A stretch of 64,000 nt of DNA from the IMG/VR virus record IMGVR_UViG_3300021963_005267, positions 1-64,000 of that record, one strand, 5' to 3'. The translations under genes and the position numbers were made by a program. Source of the DNA: a virus. The notes under the pieces are model-generated. The model was not told where the DNA came from, did not search any database, and saw nothing but the letters and a program-made list of their open reading frames with translations. The first letter of the stretch is position 1, and each line of letters begins with the position of its first letter. Positions 17,174 through 27,951 of the stretch are shown in pieces.

Positions 17174-20100
17174 GTGGCATTTTTTAGAAAAATACAAGCA
17201 GGCCTAGTCAAGGCTAATATTACCGATTTTGTTGGAGAAGTAGGAACTCTCTTCTTCAATGTTGAAACCGGAGAATTGCGACTTTCTGACGGTGTAACTC
17301 CTGGTGGCTTGCCAGTCAGCGGAAATTCTACAACAGTTGTAAGCACTGTAACACCTAATAATCTTCCTAATGGTTCTTTTTGGTATAATCCTGATAATAA
17401 CGAACTTCTTGTTTATCACGACGATGGATATTCGCCTAATTGGGCCACAATTAGTGGTGGTAATGGTTCAGGAGTTAGAGGTTTCACGGGTAGTCAAGGT
17501 GTAGGATATACAGGTTCACGAGGTTCAGTAGGTTCAGTAGGCTATACTGGTAGTCTTGGTTATACTGGTAGTATTGGACCTCTAGGACCTAGAGGCAACA
17601 TCGGTTACACCGGTTCTGCCAGCACAGTAGCAGGATATACAGGATCATTAGGATATACAGGCTCTGCAGGCGCTGGCTATACAGGTAGTGCTGGATTTGT
17701 AGGAAGTCAAGGAATACAAGGACAACAGGGAAATCTAGGACCACAGGGGTATTCCGGTTCACAGGGTATTATTGGCTACACAGGTAGTCGAGGTTTTACA
17801 GGATCGCGCGGAGATCAGGGTGTAATTGGTCCTGTTGGTCTCACTGGTTCTACAGGATATATTGGCAGTAGGGGAGTCCAGGGAGAACAAGGTAGTCAAG
17901 GATTGCAAGGATTTACTGGTAGTGTTGGAGCTCAAGGACCAATGGGCTATACTGGTTCGGCCAGTACTGTAAGAGGGTATACCGGTTCAGTTGGGTTAAC
18001 AACAGGACTGACCAGCAACTTAATTAATACAATTACAGTTGACAGTGGTTATAGTATATTACCAGAAACAGATTCGCAACAGGATTTGGGATCTTTACAG
18101 AAAAAATTTAGATCTCTTTATCTGTCTTCAAATACATTATACATTGAAAACAACAAAATCACTGTCAATCAACAAGGTGAATTTTTATTCTTTGATGGAT
18201 CTAATAATCTAGTTCCTGTACACGCAAAAGAAATCTTTATTGGTAGCGAAGAAGATTCTGCATTAATTAGAAAAAATCCTGCAACTGGTCTCGTTGAACT
18301 ACTGCTCAATCCCGGAACTACAGAACAAGAAACTTATAACATTGCTATTGGTTTTACTGGTAGTCAAGGATATACCGGTAGTAGAGGTATTCCAGGAGAA
18401 TATGCAGGTCTAGGATATACTGGAAGTCAAGGAGTTATAGGATATACTGGCAGCACTGGTTATACTGGAAGTTCTGCTAAACTTACAGTTAGTCTTATAG
18501 ATAATAGTACAGTATCAAATGTATTGACTAATATTGATACAATTAGATTTGACAGTGATGCTGGATTTGACGTTACTGATTTAGGGCAAGGTGCTGTTAA
18601 AGTTGGTATGAACTCTACCTTTAAGTATTGGGTAGTAGAAGGACAAGACACCCTAGTAGCACAGGGCTTAGATACAATCAAATTAGTTGCAGGTAATAAT
18701 ATTACTTTGGTTACTAATGCTACTAATGATCCTAAGGAACTAACAATCTCAGCGAATGCACCCACTGGGTTTGTAGGATCTAAAGGTTATACCGGTAGTC
18801 AAGGATTGCAAGGATTTACTGGTAGTAAAGGTGAAATCGGAATTCGAGGCGCACCCGGGGCGGACGGTCGAGACGGACAAATTGGATACACTGGTAGTTT
18901 AGGTTATACCGGTAGTCGTGGATCAAAAGGCGATCAAGGTGATCAGGGAGCAATTGGCTATACGGGCAGTCAGGGACCGCAAGGTGATCAAGGACCTACA
19001 GGTGATACTGGAGACACCGGTTTTGTAGGAAGTAGAGGAGCATTAGGATATACTGGCAGCATTGGTTACACAGGTAGTCAAGGTATTCCAGGTGAATATG
19101 CTGCCTTAGGTTTCACAGGCAGTCAAGGAGTTATTGGATACGTTGGATCTTTTGGCTACACAGGTAGTCGGGGTATTACTGGATACACAGGGTCAATCGG
19201 AAATTTAGGATATACTGGTAGTATTGGCTACACAGGTAGTCAAGGGGTAGGATACACAGGATCTCTAGGTTATGCAGGCAGTCAAGGTGACATTGGGTAC
19301 ACCGGTTCAATAGGATATACGGGTAGTCAAGGAGTAGGATACACAGGATCACAGGGCAATATTGGATACACAGGATCACAGGGCAATATTGGATACACAG
19401 GTAGCAGAGGTATTCCAGGAGAATATGCAGGTCTAGGATATACCGGAAGTCAAGGTGACATTGGGTACACCGGTTCAATAGGATATACGGGTAGTCAAGG
19501 TATAGGATATACGGGTAGTCGAGGTAGTACTGGATTTACTGGATCGTTAGGTGACCAAGGTCCTATAGGTTATAGTGGTAGTCGTGGGTTTGTGGGTAGT
19601 CGCGGAATACAAGGTGAACAAGGTATTCAAGGTATCATTGGTTATACAGGAAGTCAAGGCGCCCAGGGCGACCAGGGCATTCAAGGTGACCAAGGTGACC
19701 AAGGCAATACAGGATTCACAGGAAGTAAAGGATTTACCGGTAGTCAAGGTATCCCAGGTGAATATGCTGCTCTAGGATATACTGGATCTCGTGGGGTTAC
19801 TGGATTTACAGGCAGTCAAGGCATTCAAGGAATTCAAGGAGTTATTGGGTATACTGGTAGTCAAGGTAATACAGGATTCACAGGAAGTAAAGGCTTTACT
19901 GGTAGTCAAGGTATCCCAGGTGAATATGCAGGTCTAGGATATACTGGATCACAAGGATATACTGGGTTTGTAGGATCCAAAGGTGATCTAGGAGACCAAG
20001 GACCTAGAGGTTATTCAGGAAGTCAAGGCGTTCAAGGCGTTCAAGGCGTTCAAGGGGACATTGGTTATACTGGCAGTCGTGGATTTACTGGTAGTCAAGG

Positions 20101-22225
20101 TATTATTGGAGTCACTGGTAATACAGGGTTTACTGGTAGCCGAGGAGTTATTGGCTACACAGGTAGTCAAGGCCTAATAGGAGACACTGGTTTTGTAGGA
20201 AGTCAAGGATCATTAGGATATACCGGTAGTATTGGCTATACAGGTAGTCAAGGTATTCCAGGTGAATATGCTGCTTTAGGATTTACAGGTAGTCAAGGCA
20301 TTCAAGGCATTCAAGGAGTTATTGGGTATACTGGTAGTCAAGGCAGTATAGGATTCACAGGAAGCAAAGGATTCACAGGTAGCATTGGTAATTTAGGATA
20401 TACTGGCAGTCAAGGTATACAGGGTATACAGGGTATACAGGGTATACAGGGAGTCATTGGTTATTCTGGCAGTTTAGGTTATACAGGTAGTCAAGGACAA
20501 CAAGGGGATGTTGGTTTTGTAGGAAGTCGAGGACTAACTGGTTTTACAGGTAGCAGAGGTATTCCGGGAGAGTTTGCTGGTTTAGGTTACACTGGGTCGA
20601 TAGGATTTACTGGTTCCAAAGGAGAAAAAGGAGACCCAGACGGATACACCGGTAGTAGAGGCTATACAGGCAGCGAAGGATACACAGGATCTAAAGGAGA
20701 TCTTGGAGATCAAGGCCTTAGAGGTTTCACAGGTAGTCAAGGTGTTCAAGGTGTTCAAGGCGATCAGGGATCAGAAGGATACGCCGGTAGTAGAGGATAT
20801 ACAGGTAGCCAAGGATTTACAGGGGCACAGGGTCTTGTAGGATATACCGGTAGTAGAGGATATACAGGCAGCAGAGGATCACAAGGTATACAAGGAGACC
20901 TTGGTTATACTGGCAGTGAAGGATCTCAAGGCCCCCAAGGCGACACTGGTTATACTGGATCTGCCAGTACTGTGATAGGTTTCACAGGTAGTCAGGGAGT
21001 CAACGGATATACCGGCAGTCAGGGATTTACAGGAAGTGTTGGTTATACTGGATCTGCCAGTACTGTGATAGGTTTCACAGGTAGTCAGGGAGTCAACGGA
21101 TATACCGGCAGTCAGGGAGTCAACGGATATACCGGCAGTAGAGGGTTCCTTGGATCACAAGGTATTGTCGGCCCTATTGGTTTTACCGGATCACGAGGCA
21201 ATATTGGTTATACGGGTTCACAAGGCGACATTGGACCTATTGGTTACACCGGCAGTAAAGGTGATATTGGATTCACTGGCAGTGTTGGATTTGTAGGATC
21301 AAGAGGTGCCGACGGAGTCATAGGTCAAGATGGTTATACTGGATCACAGGGCAATATTGGATACACAGGATCAAGAGGTATTGACGGAGTCATAGGTCAA
21401 GATGGTTATACTGGATCACAGGGCAATATTGGATATACCGGATCAAGAGGTATTGACGGAGTCATAGGTCGAGATGGATATACTGGATCAAGAGGTGCCG
21501 ACGGAGTCATAGGTCGAGATGGCTATACAGGTTCACAAGGCAATATTGGTTATACTGGATCAAGAGGTGCCGACGGAGTCATAGGTCGAGATGGTTATAC
21601 TGGTAGTCAAGGTATCCCAGGTGAATATGCAGGTCTGGGTTATACTGGATCAAGAGGTAATATTGGTTATACCGGATCACAGGGCAATATTGGTTATACT
21701 GGATCAAGAGGTGCCGACGGAGTCATAGGTCGAGATGGTTATACCGGATCACAGGGCAATATTGGTTATACTGGATCAAGAGGTATTGCTGGAGAATATG
21801 CAGCTCTAGGTTACACAGGATCACAGGGCAATATTGGATACACAGGATCACAGGGCAATATTGGATACACAGGTAGTCAAGGAACCACAGGTTTTACAGG
21901 TAGTATTGGTGTTACTGGTTATACGGGATCAAGAGGATTACAAGGAACTGGATTAAACATTACAGGATTTGTTGGATCAAGTGCAGCATTGTCTAATCAA
22001 TATAACGGCACAATAGGAGACGGGTATCTAGCAGTTAATACCGGTAATCTATGGATATGGAACGGAAGTCTGTGGACAGATGTTGGCCAAATAAGGGGAT
22101 ATACAGGCAGTGCAGGCACAGGCGGTGGCGGTGGTGCAGCTAATTTTGGTAATCTTGATGGCGGTTTGCCTAACAGTAACTATGGCGGAATACAGAGCAT
22201 AGATGCTGGCGGAGTCACAGCATAA
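17174..22225 (+). CDS. Large collagen-like fibre protein (GYTGS/GFTGS Gly-X-Y repeats)
   Basis: 1683 aa, GTG start; Mtd_N-like N-terminus, long Gly-X-Y tracts dominated by GYT-GSQ, two internal globular segments. Confidence 0.9.
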   Translation: MAFFRKIQAGLVKANITDFVGEVGTLFFNVETGELRLSDGVTPGGLPVSGNSTTVVSTVTPNNLPNGSFWYNPDNNELLVYHDDGYSPNWATISGGNGSGVRGFTGSQGVGYTGSRGSVGSVGYTGSLGYTGSIGPLGPRGNIGYTGSASTVAGYTGSLGYTGSAGAGYTGSAGFVGSQGIQGQQGNLGPQGYSGSQGIIGYTGSRGFTGSRGDQGVIGPVGLTGSTGYIGSRGVQGEQGSQGLQGFTGSVGAQGPMGYTGSASTVRGYTGSVGLTTGLTSNLINTITVDSGYSILPETDSQQDLGSLQKKFRSLYLSSNTLYIENNKITVNQQGEFLFFDGSNNLVPVHAKEIFIGSEEDSALIRKNPATGLVELLLNPGTTEQETYNIAIGFTGSQGYTGSRGIPGEYAGLGYTGSQGVIGYTGSTGYTGSSAKLTVSLIDNSTVSNVLTNIDTIRFDSDAGFDVTDLGQGAVKVGMNSTFKYWVVEGQDTLVAQGLDTIKLVAGNNITLVTNATNDPKELTISANAPTGFVGSKGYTGSQGLQGFTGSKGEIGIRGAPGADGRDGQIGYTGSLGYTGSRGSKGDQGDQGAIGYTGSQGPQGDQGPTGDTGDTGFVGSRGALGYTGSIGYTGSQGIPGEYAALGFTGSQGVIGYVGSFGYTGSRGITGYTGSIGNLGYTGSIGYTGSQGVGYTGSLGYAGSQGDIGYTGSIGYTGSQGVGYTGSQGNIGYTGSQGNIGYTGSRGIPGEYAGLGYTGSQGDIGYTGSIGYTGSQGIGYTGSRGSTGFTGSLGDQGPIGYSGSRGFVGSRGIQGEQGIQGIIGYTGSQGAQGDQGIQGDQGDQGNTGFTGSKGFTGSQGIPGEYAALGYTGSRGVTGFTGSQGIQGIQGVIGYTGSQGNTGFTGSKGFTGSQGIPGEYAGLGYTGSQGYTGFVGSKGDLGDQGPRGYSGSQGVQGVQGVQGDIGYTGSRGFTGSQGIIGVTGNTGFTGSRGVIGYTGSQGLIGDTGFVGSQGSLGYTGSIGYTGSQGIPGEYAALGFTGSQGIQGIQGVIGYTGSQGSIGFTGSKGFTGSIGNLGYTGSQGIQGIQGIQGIQGVIGYSGSLGYTGSQGQQGDVGFVGSRGLTGFTGSRGIPGEFAGLGYTGSIGFTGSKGEKGDPDGYTGSRGYTGSEGYTGSKGDLGDQGLRGFTGSQGVQGVQGDQGSEGYAGSRGYTGSQGFTGAQGLVGYTGSRGYTGSRGSQGIQGDLGYTGSEGSQGPQGDTGYTGSASTVIGFTGSQGVNGYTGSQGFTGSVGYTGSASTVIGFTGSQGVNGYTGSQGVNGYTGSRGFLGSQGIVGPIGFTGSRGNIGYTGSQGDIGPIGYTGSKGDIGFTGSVGFVGSRGADGVIGQDGYTGSQGNIGYTGSRGIDGVIGQDGYTGSQGNIGYTGSRGIDGVIGRDGYTGSRGADGVIGRDGYTGSQGNIGYTGSRGADGVIGRDGYTGSQGIPGEYAGLGYTGSRGNIGYTGSQGNIGYTGSRGADGVIGRDGYTGSQGNIGYTGSRGIAGEYAALGYTGSQGNIGYTGSQGNIGYTGSQGTTGFTGSIGVTGYTGSRGLQGTGLNITGFVGSSAALSNQYNGTIGDGYLAVNTGNLWIWNGSLWTDVGQIRGYTGSAGTGGGGGAANFGNLDGGLPNSNYGGIQSIDAGGVTA
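20024..21860 (+). repeat. In-frame tandem repeats within the collagen gene
   Basis: (CAAGGCGTT)x3 at 20024, (GGTATACAG)x4 at 20414, and near-identical GGATCAAGAGGT...GACGGAGTCATAGGTC blocks at ~21296-21740. Confidence 0.85.
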
Positions 22226-22254
22226 ATATGAAAATAATAGCAGATTAATAAAAA

Positions 22255-24513
22255 ATGGCCATACAAATACAGTTTAGACGAGGTACAGCAGCCGAATGGA
22301 CATCGGTTAATCCCATTCTTGCCGAAGGAGAAATGGGTATTGAAACCGACACCAATCTTTTTAAAATTGGAAATGGTAATGATACCTGGACAAGTTTACC
22401 CTACGGCGGGTTACGAGGATATAGCGGTAGCTCAGGATACACTGGCAGTATAGGAAATATATCAGTTGCTAACGTTCTTTATGTAAGTAAAAGTGGTAAT
22501 GATTCAAACAGCGGAACTAGCCTTAATCTAAGCAAACTAACAATTAAAGCAGCTCTTCAGATAGCCACTAACGGAACTACTATTTTTGTTAAAAGTGGTG
22601 ACTATACTGAAATTAACCCAATCACTGTTCCAGAGGGGGTGGCTGTGGTTGGAGACAGTCTTAGAACAGTTACAGTTAGACCTCAAACTAAAACCACAGA
22701 TTTATTTTATGTAAACAACGGTGCATATCTTGCACACATGACATTTAAAGATCATGAAAGCCCTGCTGCCGCAGTATCTTTTAATCCCGATGGATCAGCA
22801 GGAGTTATTCATACTAGTCCTTATGTACAAAACTGTACTAGCATGACTACTACAGGTACAGGTATGAGAGTAGACGGAGCACACGCCGGCGGACTACGTA
22901 GTATGGTCGTTGATGCTTATACACAGTATAATCAAGGTGGAATAGGTATACATCATAAAAATAGAGGTAACACACAGTTAGTGTCAGTGTTTACAATCTG
23001 CTGCGATGTTGCTGTACTTTGCGAAAGTGGCGGATTCTGTAGTCTAACTAATAGTAACAGCAGCTTTGGTAATTACGGACTGAAAGCAGACGGTGTAAGT
23101 TCTACACTGTATTCTGGAAAAGTTAACGGCGCTGCTAATGGAAGAACATTTGTTATAGATAATCTAACTATTAGACCTAACGTTGGTGATGCTGTTAAAT
23201 TTACCGGAGATACTACTTATTATACACTTGCATCTAGCACAGCCTTTACCAGCGGTGCAACAACTATCACTTATCCAAGTTATACCTCTGAACCAGCTGA
23301 TGCTAGAAACCTTAGACAGAACGTATTAGATGCAAAAAGTAAAATACAAATTGATGTTATAGATTATCTAAACGAAACTTATCCTAATTTTAATTTTAAT
23401 CAATTTAAATGTAGTAGAGATGTTGGCCTTATCATAGATGCAGTAGTAGATGATATGGTGTTCAATACAAATTATAAATCAATTCAGGCAGGTATCAGCT
23501 ATTACAGGGGCACTGCTAGTGAAGTTATTAACAATCAAAAAACAGAAACCATTGCAGGTATCAATTTTGCTAGAGATGCGGTGCTAGATATATTGAGTTC
23601 TGACAGTACACAAGGACCAGAGTATACAAGAGTTCAAACTAATTTTAACACCATTACAAATATTATTAATAGTGGACTAAGTGCAGCACCATCCTACGCA
23701 TTTAATAATCCAATAGGAACAACTACAAATAGAGCAAGAGCTAAAACAATATTACAGGCTAATCGTAGTTTTCTAATTGAAGAAGGAATCGCTTATATAA
23801 CTGCAAACTACTCTGGACTAAGTTATGATTCTACAAAGTGTCGCAGAGATATCGGATATATTGTAGATGCAGTAACCTATGATATGCTCTATGGCGGCAA
23901 TAGTCAAACTGCTGATGCTGCTGATGAATATTATAGTACAGGAACATTACAAGTTCCAACAGGTGAAAAACAAGCTACTATTGATACATTTGCTTATTTA
24001 AAAACTGTAGTTGCTCAATGTCTAGTCAATACATCTGTTACAAGATTGAATAATTCTGTTAATCAAAATACTGCGAATCCAGCAGCTTCTAATACTGAAG
24101 TAGACATTTGTAATGGATTGTTTGATATAGTAACTAATCTAATTACTAATGCTTATTCTAGCACCATCACTTTAGAAGAATCTGTACCAGAACAAATAGC
24201 AGACAATGCCGCAGTGACATTCCATCAATTCAGTTTAATTACAGCATCGGGACAAACATTTGAATGGGTTGGCGCCGGAACTAATGTAAATACAGCCCTA
24301 CCATATCTTGGTGGTATTCCTGTGTCCGAAAATCAAGTGGTACAAGTTAATCAAGGAAAAGTATATTATACCGGAACTGATCAAAGAGGTGACTTTAGAA
24401 TAGGTAACGATTTAATAATTAATAGAAACACGGGAACTATCACTGGAAGAACATTTACCAAAAGTTTATTTGCCGTTATGACCCCTTATATATTAGCAAT
24501 TGGAGAAAAATAA
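22255..24513 (+). CDS. Structural protein: Mtd_N-like domain, beta-helix region and two helical CxRD repeats
   Basis: IQFRRGTAAEWTSVNPILAEGEMGIETDT..FKIGNG; YVSKSGNDSNSG; KCSRDVG and KCRRDIG repeats. Confidence 0.85.
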   Translation: MAIQIQFRRGTAAEWTSVNPILAEGEMGIETDTNLFKIGNGNDTWTSLPYGGLRGYSGSSGYTGSIGNISVANVLYVSKSGNDSNSGTSLNLSKLTIKAALQIATNGTTIFVKSGDYTEINPITVPEGVAVVGDSLRTVTVRPQTKTTDLFYVNNGAYLAHMTFKDHESPAAAVSFNPDGSAGVIHTSPYVQNCTSMTTTGTGMRVDGAHAGGLRSMVVDAYTQYNQGGIGIHHKNRGNTQLVSVFTICCDVAVLCESGGFCSLTNSNSSFGNYGLKADGVSSTLYSGKVNGAANGRTFVIDNLTIRPNVGDAVKFTGDTTYYTLASSTAFTSGATTITYPSYTSEPADARNLRQNVLDAKSKIQIDVIDYLNETYPNFNFNQFKCSRDVGLIIDAVVDDMVFNTNYKSIQAGISYYRGTASEVINNQKTETIAGINFARDAVLDILSSDSTQGPEYTRVQTNFNTITNIINSGLSAAPSYAFNNPIGTTTNRARAKTILQANRSFLIEEGIAYITANYSGLSYDSTKCRRDIGYIVDAVTYDMLYGGNSQTADAADEYYSTGTLQVPTGEKQATIDTFAYLKTVVAQCLVNTSVTRLNNSVNQNTANPAASNTEVDICNGLFDIVTNLITNAYSSTITLEESVPEQIADNAAVTFHQFSLITASGQTFEWVGAGTNVNTALPYLGGIPVSENQVVQVNQGKVYYTGTDQRGDFRIGNDLIINRNTGTITGRTFTKSLFAVMTPYILAIGEK

Positions 24514-24849
24514 ATGGCAGCATTGCCTTTAAACACATTTAGGACTAAGGCTTTCGAGCTAACTACATCAGTTCAAACAATCTACACAACTCCCGCAGGG
24601 TTAACTACTATTGTCCTAGGAGCACAGGCCAGTAATATTGGCAATAGTCCGGCCACAATTACATTTACTCTAAGAAAAAATAATACAGATTATGTGATGC
24701 TGAATGCATTTGAAATCCCACCTAACGATTCTGCAGAAGTAACCACAGGTAAACTAGTTATTGAAGAAGGAGCCAGTGTTAAAGCAGTAGTCAGTGCTAA
24801 CAATACCATAAATTTAATATTAAGTATTTTGGAAACATCTAATGAGTAA
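24514..24849 (+). CDS. Small virion structural protein
   Basis: 111-aa beta-rich ORF abutting the upstream gene. Confidence 0.7.
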   Translation: MAALPLNTFRTKAFELTTSVQTIYTTPAGLTTIVLGAQASNIGNSPATITFTLRKNNTDYVMLNAFEIPPNDSAEVTTGKLVIEEGASVKAVVSANNTINLILSILETSNE

Positions 24850-27385
24850 CACAAGATTACTAAGCGGAAAGAAGAAAAAGAAAACAGGTGCTGCTCTTGA
24901 CAGTGACCGATACGACTATCTTGATCTATCAAATTCTGAACCCGATCTTGGTCTTCCTGTAGTAAATGACAGTGTACTAATTGGTGACACAGACGGTACC
25001 AGGACCTGGACCGATATCACCACTTATGCAGAACAATTCAAAGGTTATTCAGGCAGTGCTGGATTCACCGGCTCTGTGGGATTTGTGGGCAGTCAAGGCG
25101 TTCAAGGAAACTTTGGCGGAGTTACATTTGATTATACTTTTAATTCTGGGACCGCTGCATCTGAACCAGGTGCAGGTAAATTAAAATTCAACCAAGCGGA
25201 TATCACTACTGCCTCTCAGTTATACATCCAAGACACGGACGATACTAATACCAATCTTGACTCTTATTTGACCACCATTGATGCTAGCACCAGCCAACTC
25301 AAAGGACATGTAAGGATCAGTAACAAGGCCAACAGCAATGATTTTGTTATATTTGCAATAACAGCCGCTAGCACAAACAACAGCACATATTTTACAGTCC
25401 CGGTCAGTTACGTTAGTGGTACAGCTTCATCGTTTGACAACAATGAAGATATTATTGTTACATTTGCTAGAACTGGTGATAAGGGAGATATTGGTTACAC
25501 AGGTTCACGAGGTGCTGACGGCACCAATGGAACCAGTGGAGCTGTTGGATATACAGGTTCACGAGGTGATATTGGTTATACGGGTTCACAGGGCGATATT
25601 GGTTATACGGGTTCACAAGGCAATATTGGGTACACAGGTTCACGAGGCGCTGACGGCACCAGTGGAACCAGTGGAGCTGTTGGTTATACAGGTTCACAAG
25701 GCGATATTGGTTATACGGGTTCACAGGGCGATATTGGTTATACGGGTAGTATTGGCTATACAGGTTCACAAGGCAATATTGGTTACACAGGTTCACAAGG
25801 CGACATTGGTTATACGGGTAGTATTGGCTATACAGGTTCACAAGGCGATATTGGTTATACGGGTTCACAGGGCGACATTGGATTTACTGGTAGTCAAGGA
25901 GATCTAGGATACACCGGTAGTCAAGGCGCTGGTTTTACAGGTAGTCAAGGTGTCATTGGTTATACAGGATCACAAGGCGATCTAGGTTACACTGGATCTA
26001 AAGGTCTAGCTGGCAATTTTGGTGGAGCCACCTTTGGATACAATTTCAATACAACCACGGCAATAAATGCTGATCCTGGATCTGGAAAATTTGCTGTCAA
26101 TAACTCAAATTTATCATCCGCTACGGTAATATCTATTAGCAGATATGATTTTTATGCAAATGATATTAAAGCTTATTTGTTAACTGTTTGTGATAGCACT
26201 TCGACAAATAAAGGTTACATAAAATTTACAAGCCAAGCAAATCCTCAGTTATTTACATTTTATACTATTACAAATACTGTCGTTGATAACACAGATTATG
26301 TAAACTTAACTCTCACTTACGTTTCAGGAACTACTTCTCCTTACAACAATAACGAAGACATGTTCTTGACTTTTTCAAGAACTGGTGACACTGGATTTGT
26401 TGGCAGTCGAGGCGACTTGGGGTACACTGGTAGTCAAGGCATACCAGGAACAGCCGCAGCCATTGGTTACACTGGCAGTCAAGGTTATCAAGGATATACT
26501 GGATCACAGGGTGCTGGATTTACTGGTAGTCAAGGAGATCTAGGATACACCGGTAGCCAAGGATATACAGGTAGTCGAGGTAATGATGGAACTAGTGTTC
26601 AAATTTTAGGAACCGTGGCAACATCTGCAAACTTGCCAGGGTATCCAACCAGCTACAACGGTGCCGTAGGAGACGGATATATTGCTAGTAATACTGGAAA
26701 TCTATGGACATGGACTGGCTCAGCGTGGGCAGACGCTGGACAGGTTAGGGGATACACCGGAAGCCAAGGTCCTGCCGGAGGATATACTGGTAGTGCAGGA
26801 ACTCCCGGGTATACTGGATCAAAAGGTGCATTACAGCCCTGGACCAGACATGTTGTAAACTACACGGCCGTAGATGGAGATAGAATTTTAGCAGATACAT
26901 CATCAGGATCGTTTAATATTACTTTGCCTATAAGTCCTCAAACAGGATATTATGTTCAAATAAGTGATGGTGCAGATTTTTCTGTTAATAATCTAACTGT
27001 GTTAAGAAATGGCAGCACTATCGAAGGATTAGGAGAAGATGTTATTGTTGATCTTGCAGGTGTTACTATAGAATTTATTTATGGAGCATATACCTGGCAG
27101 GTTACAGCTACTACTGGTGCTCGAGGTCCAATCGGATATGCTGGATCTGCTAGCACTGTACCGGGATACGTAGGATCCCGGGGTCCTGTTGGATATACTG
27201 GAAGCGGACCAGGATTCCAATCGTTAGGAACACAAACCCCAGTAATTCTTCAATACAACGGTAAAACCATAAATGAAAATATTACAATAACTAGTTCTAT
27301 GAATGCCTGGGCCGCTGGCTCTATAACCATTGGCAATGGTTACACTGTAACTATTGAGACCGGGGGAGAACTGATAATTTTATGA
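24842..27385 (+). CDS. Collagen-like fibre protein with a duplicated globular domain and a baseplate gp9/gp10-like segment
   Basis: GYTGS tracts; two copies of GNFGG.TF.Y.FN...TF.RTGD; ILADTSSGSFNITLP.SP..G..V.ISD segment. Confidence 0.85.
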   Translation: MSNTRLLSGKKKKKTGAALDSDRYDYLDLSNSEPDLGLPVVNDSVLIGDTDGTRTWTDITTYAEQFKGYSGSAGFTGSVGFVGSQGVQGNFGGVTFDYTFNSGTAASEPGAGKLKFNQADITTASQLYIQDTDDTNTNLDSYLTTIDASTSQLKGHVRISNKANSNDFVIFAITAASTNNSTYFTVPVSYVSGTASSFDNNEDIIVTFARTGDKGDIGYTGSRGADGTNGTSGAVGYTGSRGDIGYTGSQGDIGYTGSQGNIGYTGSRGADGTSGTSGAVGYTGSQGDIGYTGSQGDIGYTGSIGYTGSQGNIGYTGSQGDIGYTGSIGYTGSQGDIGYTGSQGDIGFTGSQGDLGYTGSQGAGFTGSQGVIGYTGSQGDLGYTGSKGLAGNFGGATFGYNFNTTTAINADPGSGKFAVNNSNLSSATVISISRYDFYANDIKAYLLTVCDSTSTNKGYIKFTSQANPQLFTFYTITNTVVDNTDYVNLTLTYVSGTTSPYNNNEDMFLTFSRTGDTGFVGSRGDLGYTGSQGIPGTAAAIGYTGSQGYQGYTGSQGAGFTGSQGDLGYTGSQGYTGSRGNDGTSVQILGTVATSANLPGYPTSYNGAVGDGYIASNTGNLWTWTGSAWADAGQVRGYTGSQGPAGGYTGSAGTPGYTGSKGALQPWTRHVVNYTAVDGDRILADTSSGSFNITLPISPQTGYYVQISDGADFSVNNLTVLRNGSTIEGLGEDVIVDLAGVTIEFIYGAYTWQVTATTGARGPIGYAGSASTVPGYVGSRGPVGYTGSGPGFQSLGTQTPVILQYNGKTINENITITSSMNAWAAGSITIGNGYTVTIETGGELIIL

Positions 27386-27951
27386 GCGCAGGAATACTAG
27401 AAGTTGATGAAATACAAAGTCCGGACAATTTATTAGTTTTTGAAAAACCATATCATCCGTCGGGCTATGTTGTACAGACAAAATATGCAAGAACAGACGT
27501 AACCGCGGTATTCAGCGCACCGGCAGCCCTTATTGGCACTGTGGTTACTCCGCTGTCCATAGGTTTTACACCAAAATATTCTAATAGTAAAATTTTAATA
27601 GAATGGATGATTAACGGTGAATTTTATCACGATGCAGGATTTTTAATATATCAAAATGGACTGCCAATTACTACTAGTAATTACGAAGGACAAAATAGAA
27701 CCAACCTCACCAGTAGTAAATACTATTATAGTGTAGGAAAATATGATGGAGCAAACGATAATTCTACTACTCCAAATAATTATTATATTCAATATAATAC
27801 TATTTCTAGCGACACAAACTATAGATCTTATGACATAGCAGTTAGAGCTTACACAGCAACATCATTTAATCTAAATAGATGTTTTACTTCTCCTAGCGCC
27901 AGTGCGGAAGTTGGCGTTAGCTCTGTTTTAATTATGGAAATTAAACAATAA
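27382..27951 (+). CDS. Tail-fibre tip/adhesin-like paralog 1
   Basis: Shares VVQ...TPK..SKILI...NGE...YEG.N...YD...ST..NY.IQY...MEI with the following paralogs. Confidence 0.75.
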   Translation: MSAGILEVDEIQSPDNLLVFEKPYHPSGYVVQTKYARTDVTAVFSAPAALIGTVVTPLSIGFTPKYSNSKILIEWMINGEFYHDAGFLIYQNGLPITTSNYEGQNRTNLTSSKYYYSVGKYDGANDNSTTPNNYYIQYNTISSDTNYRSYDIAVRAYTATSFNLNRCFTSPSASAEVGVSSVLIMEIKQ

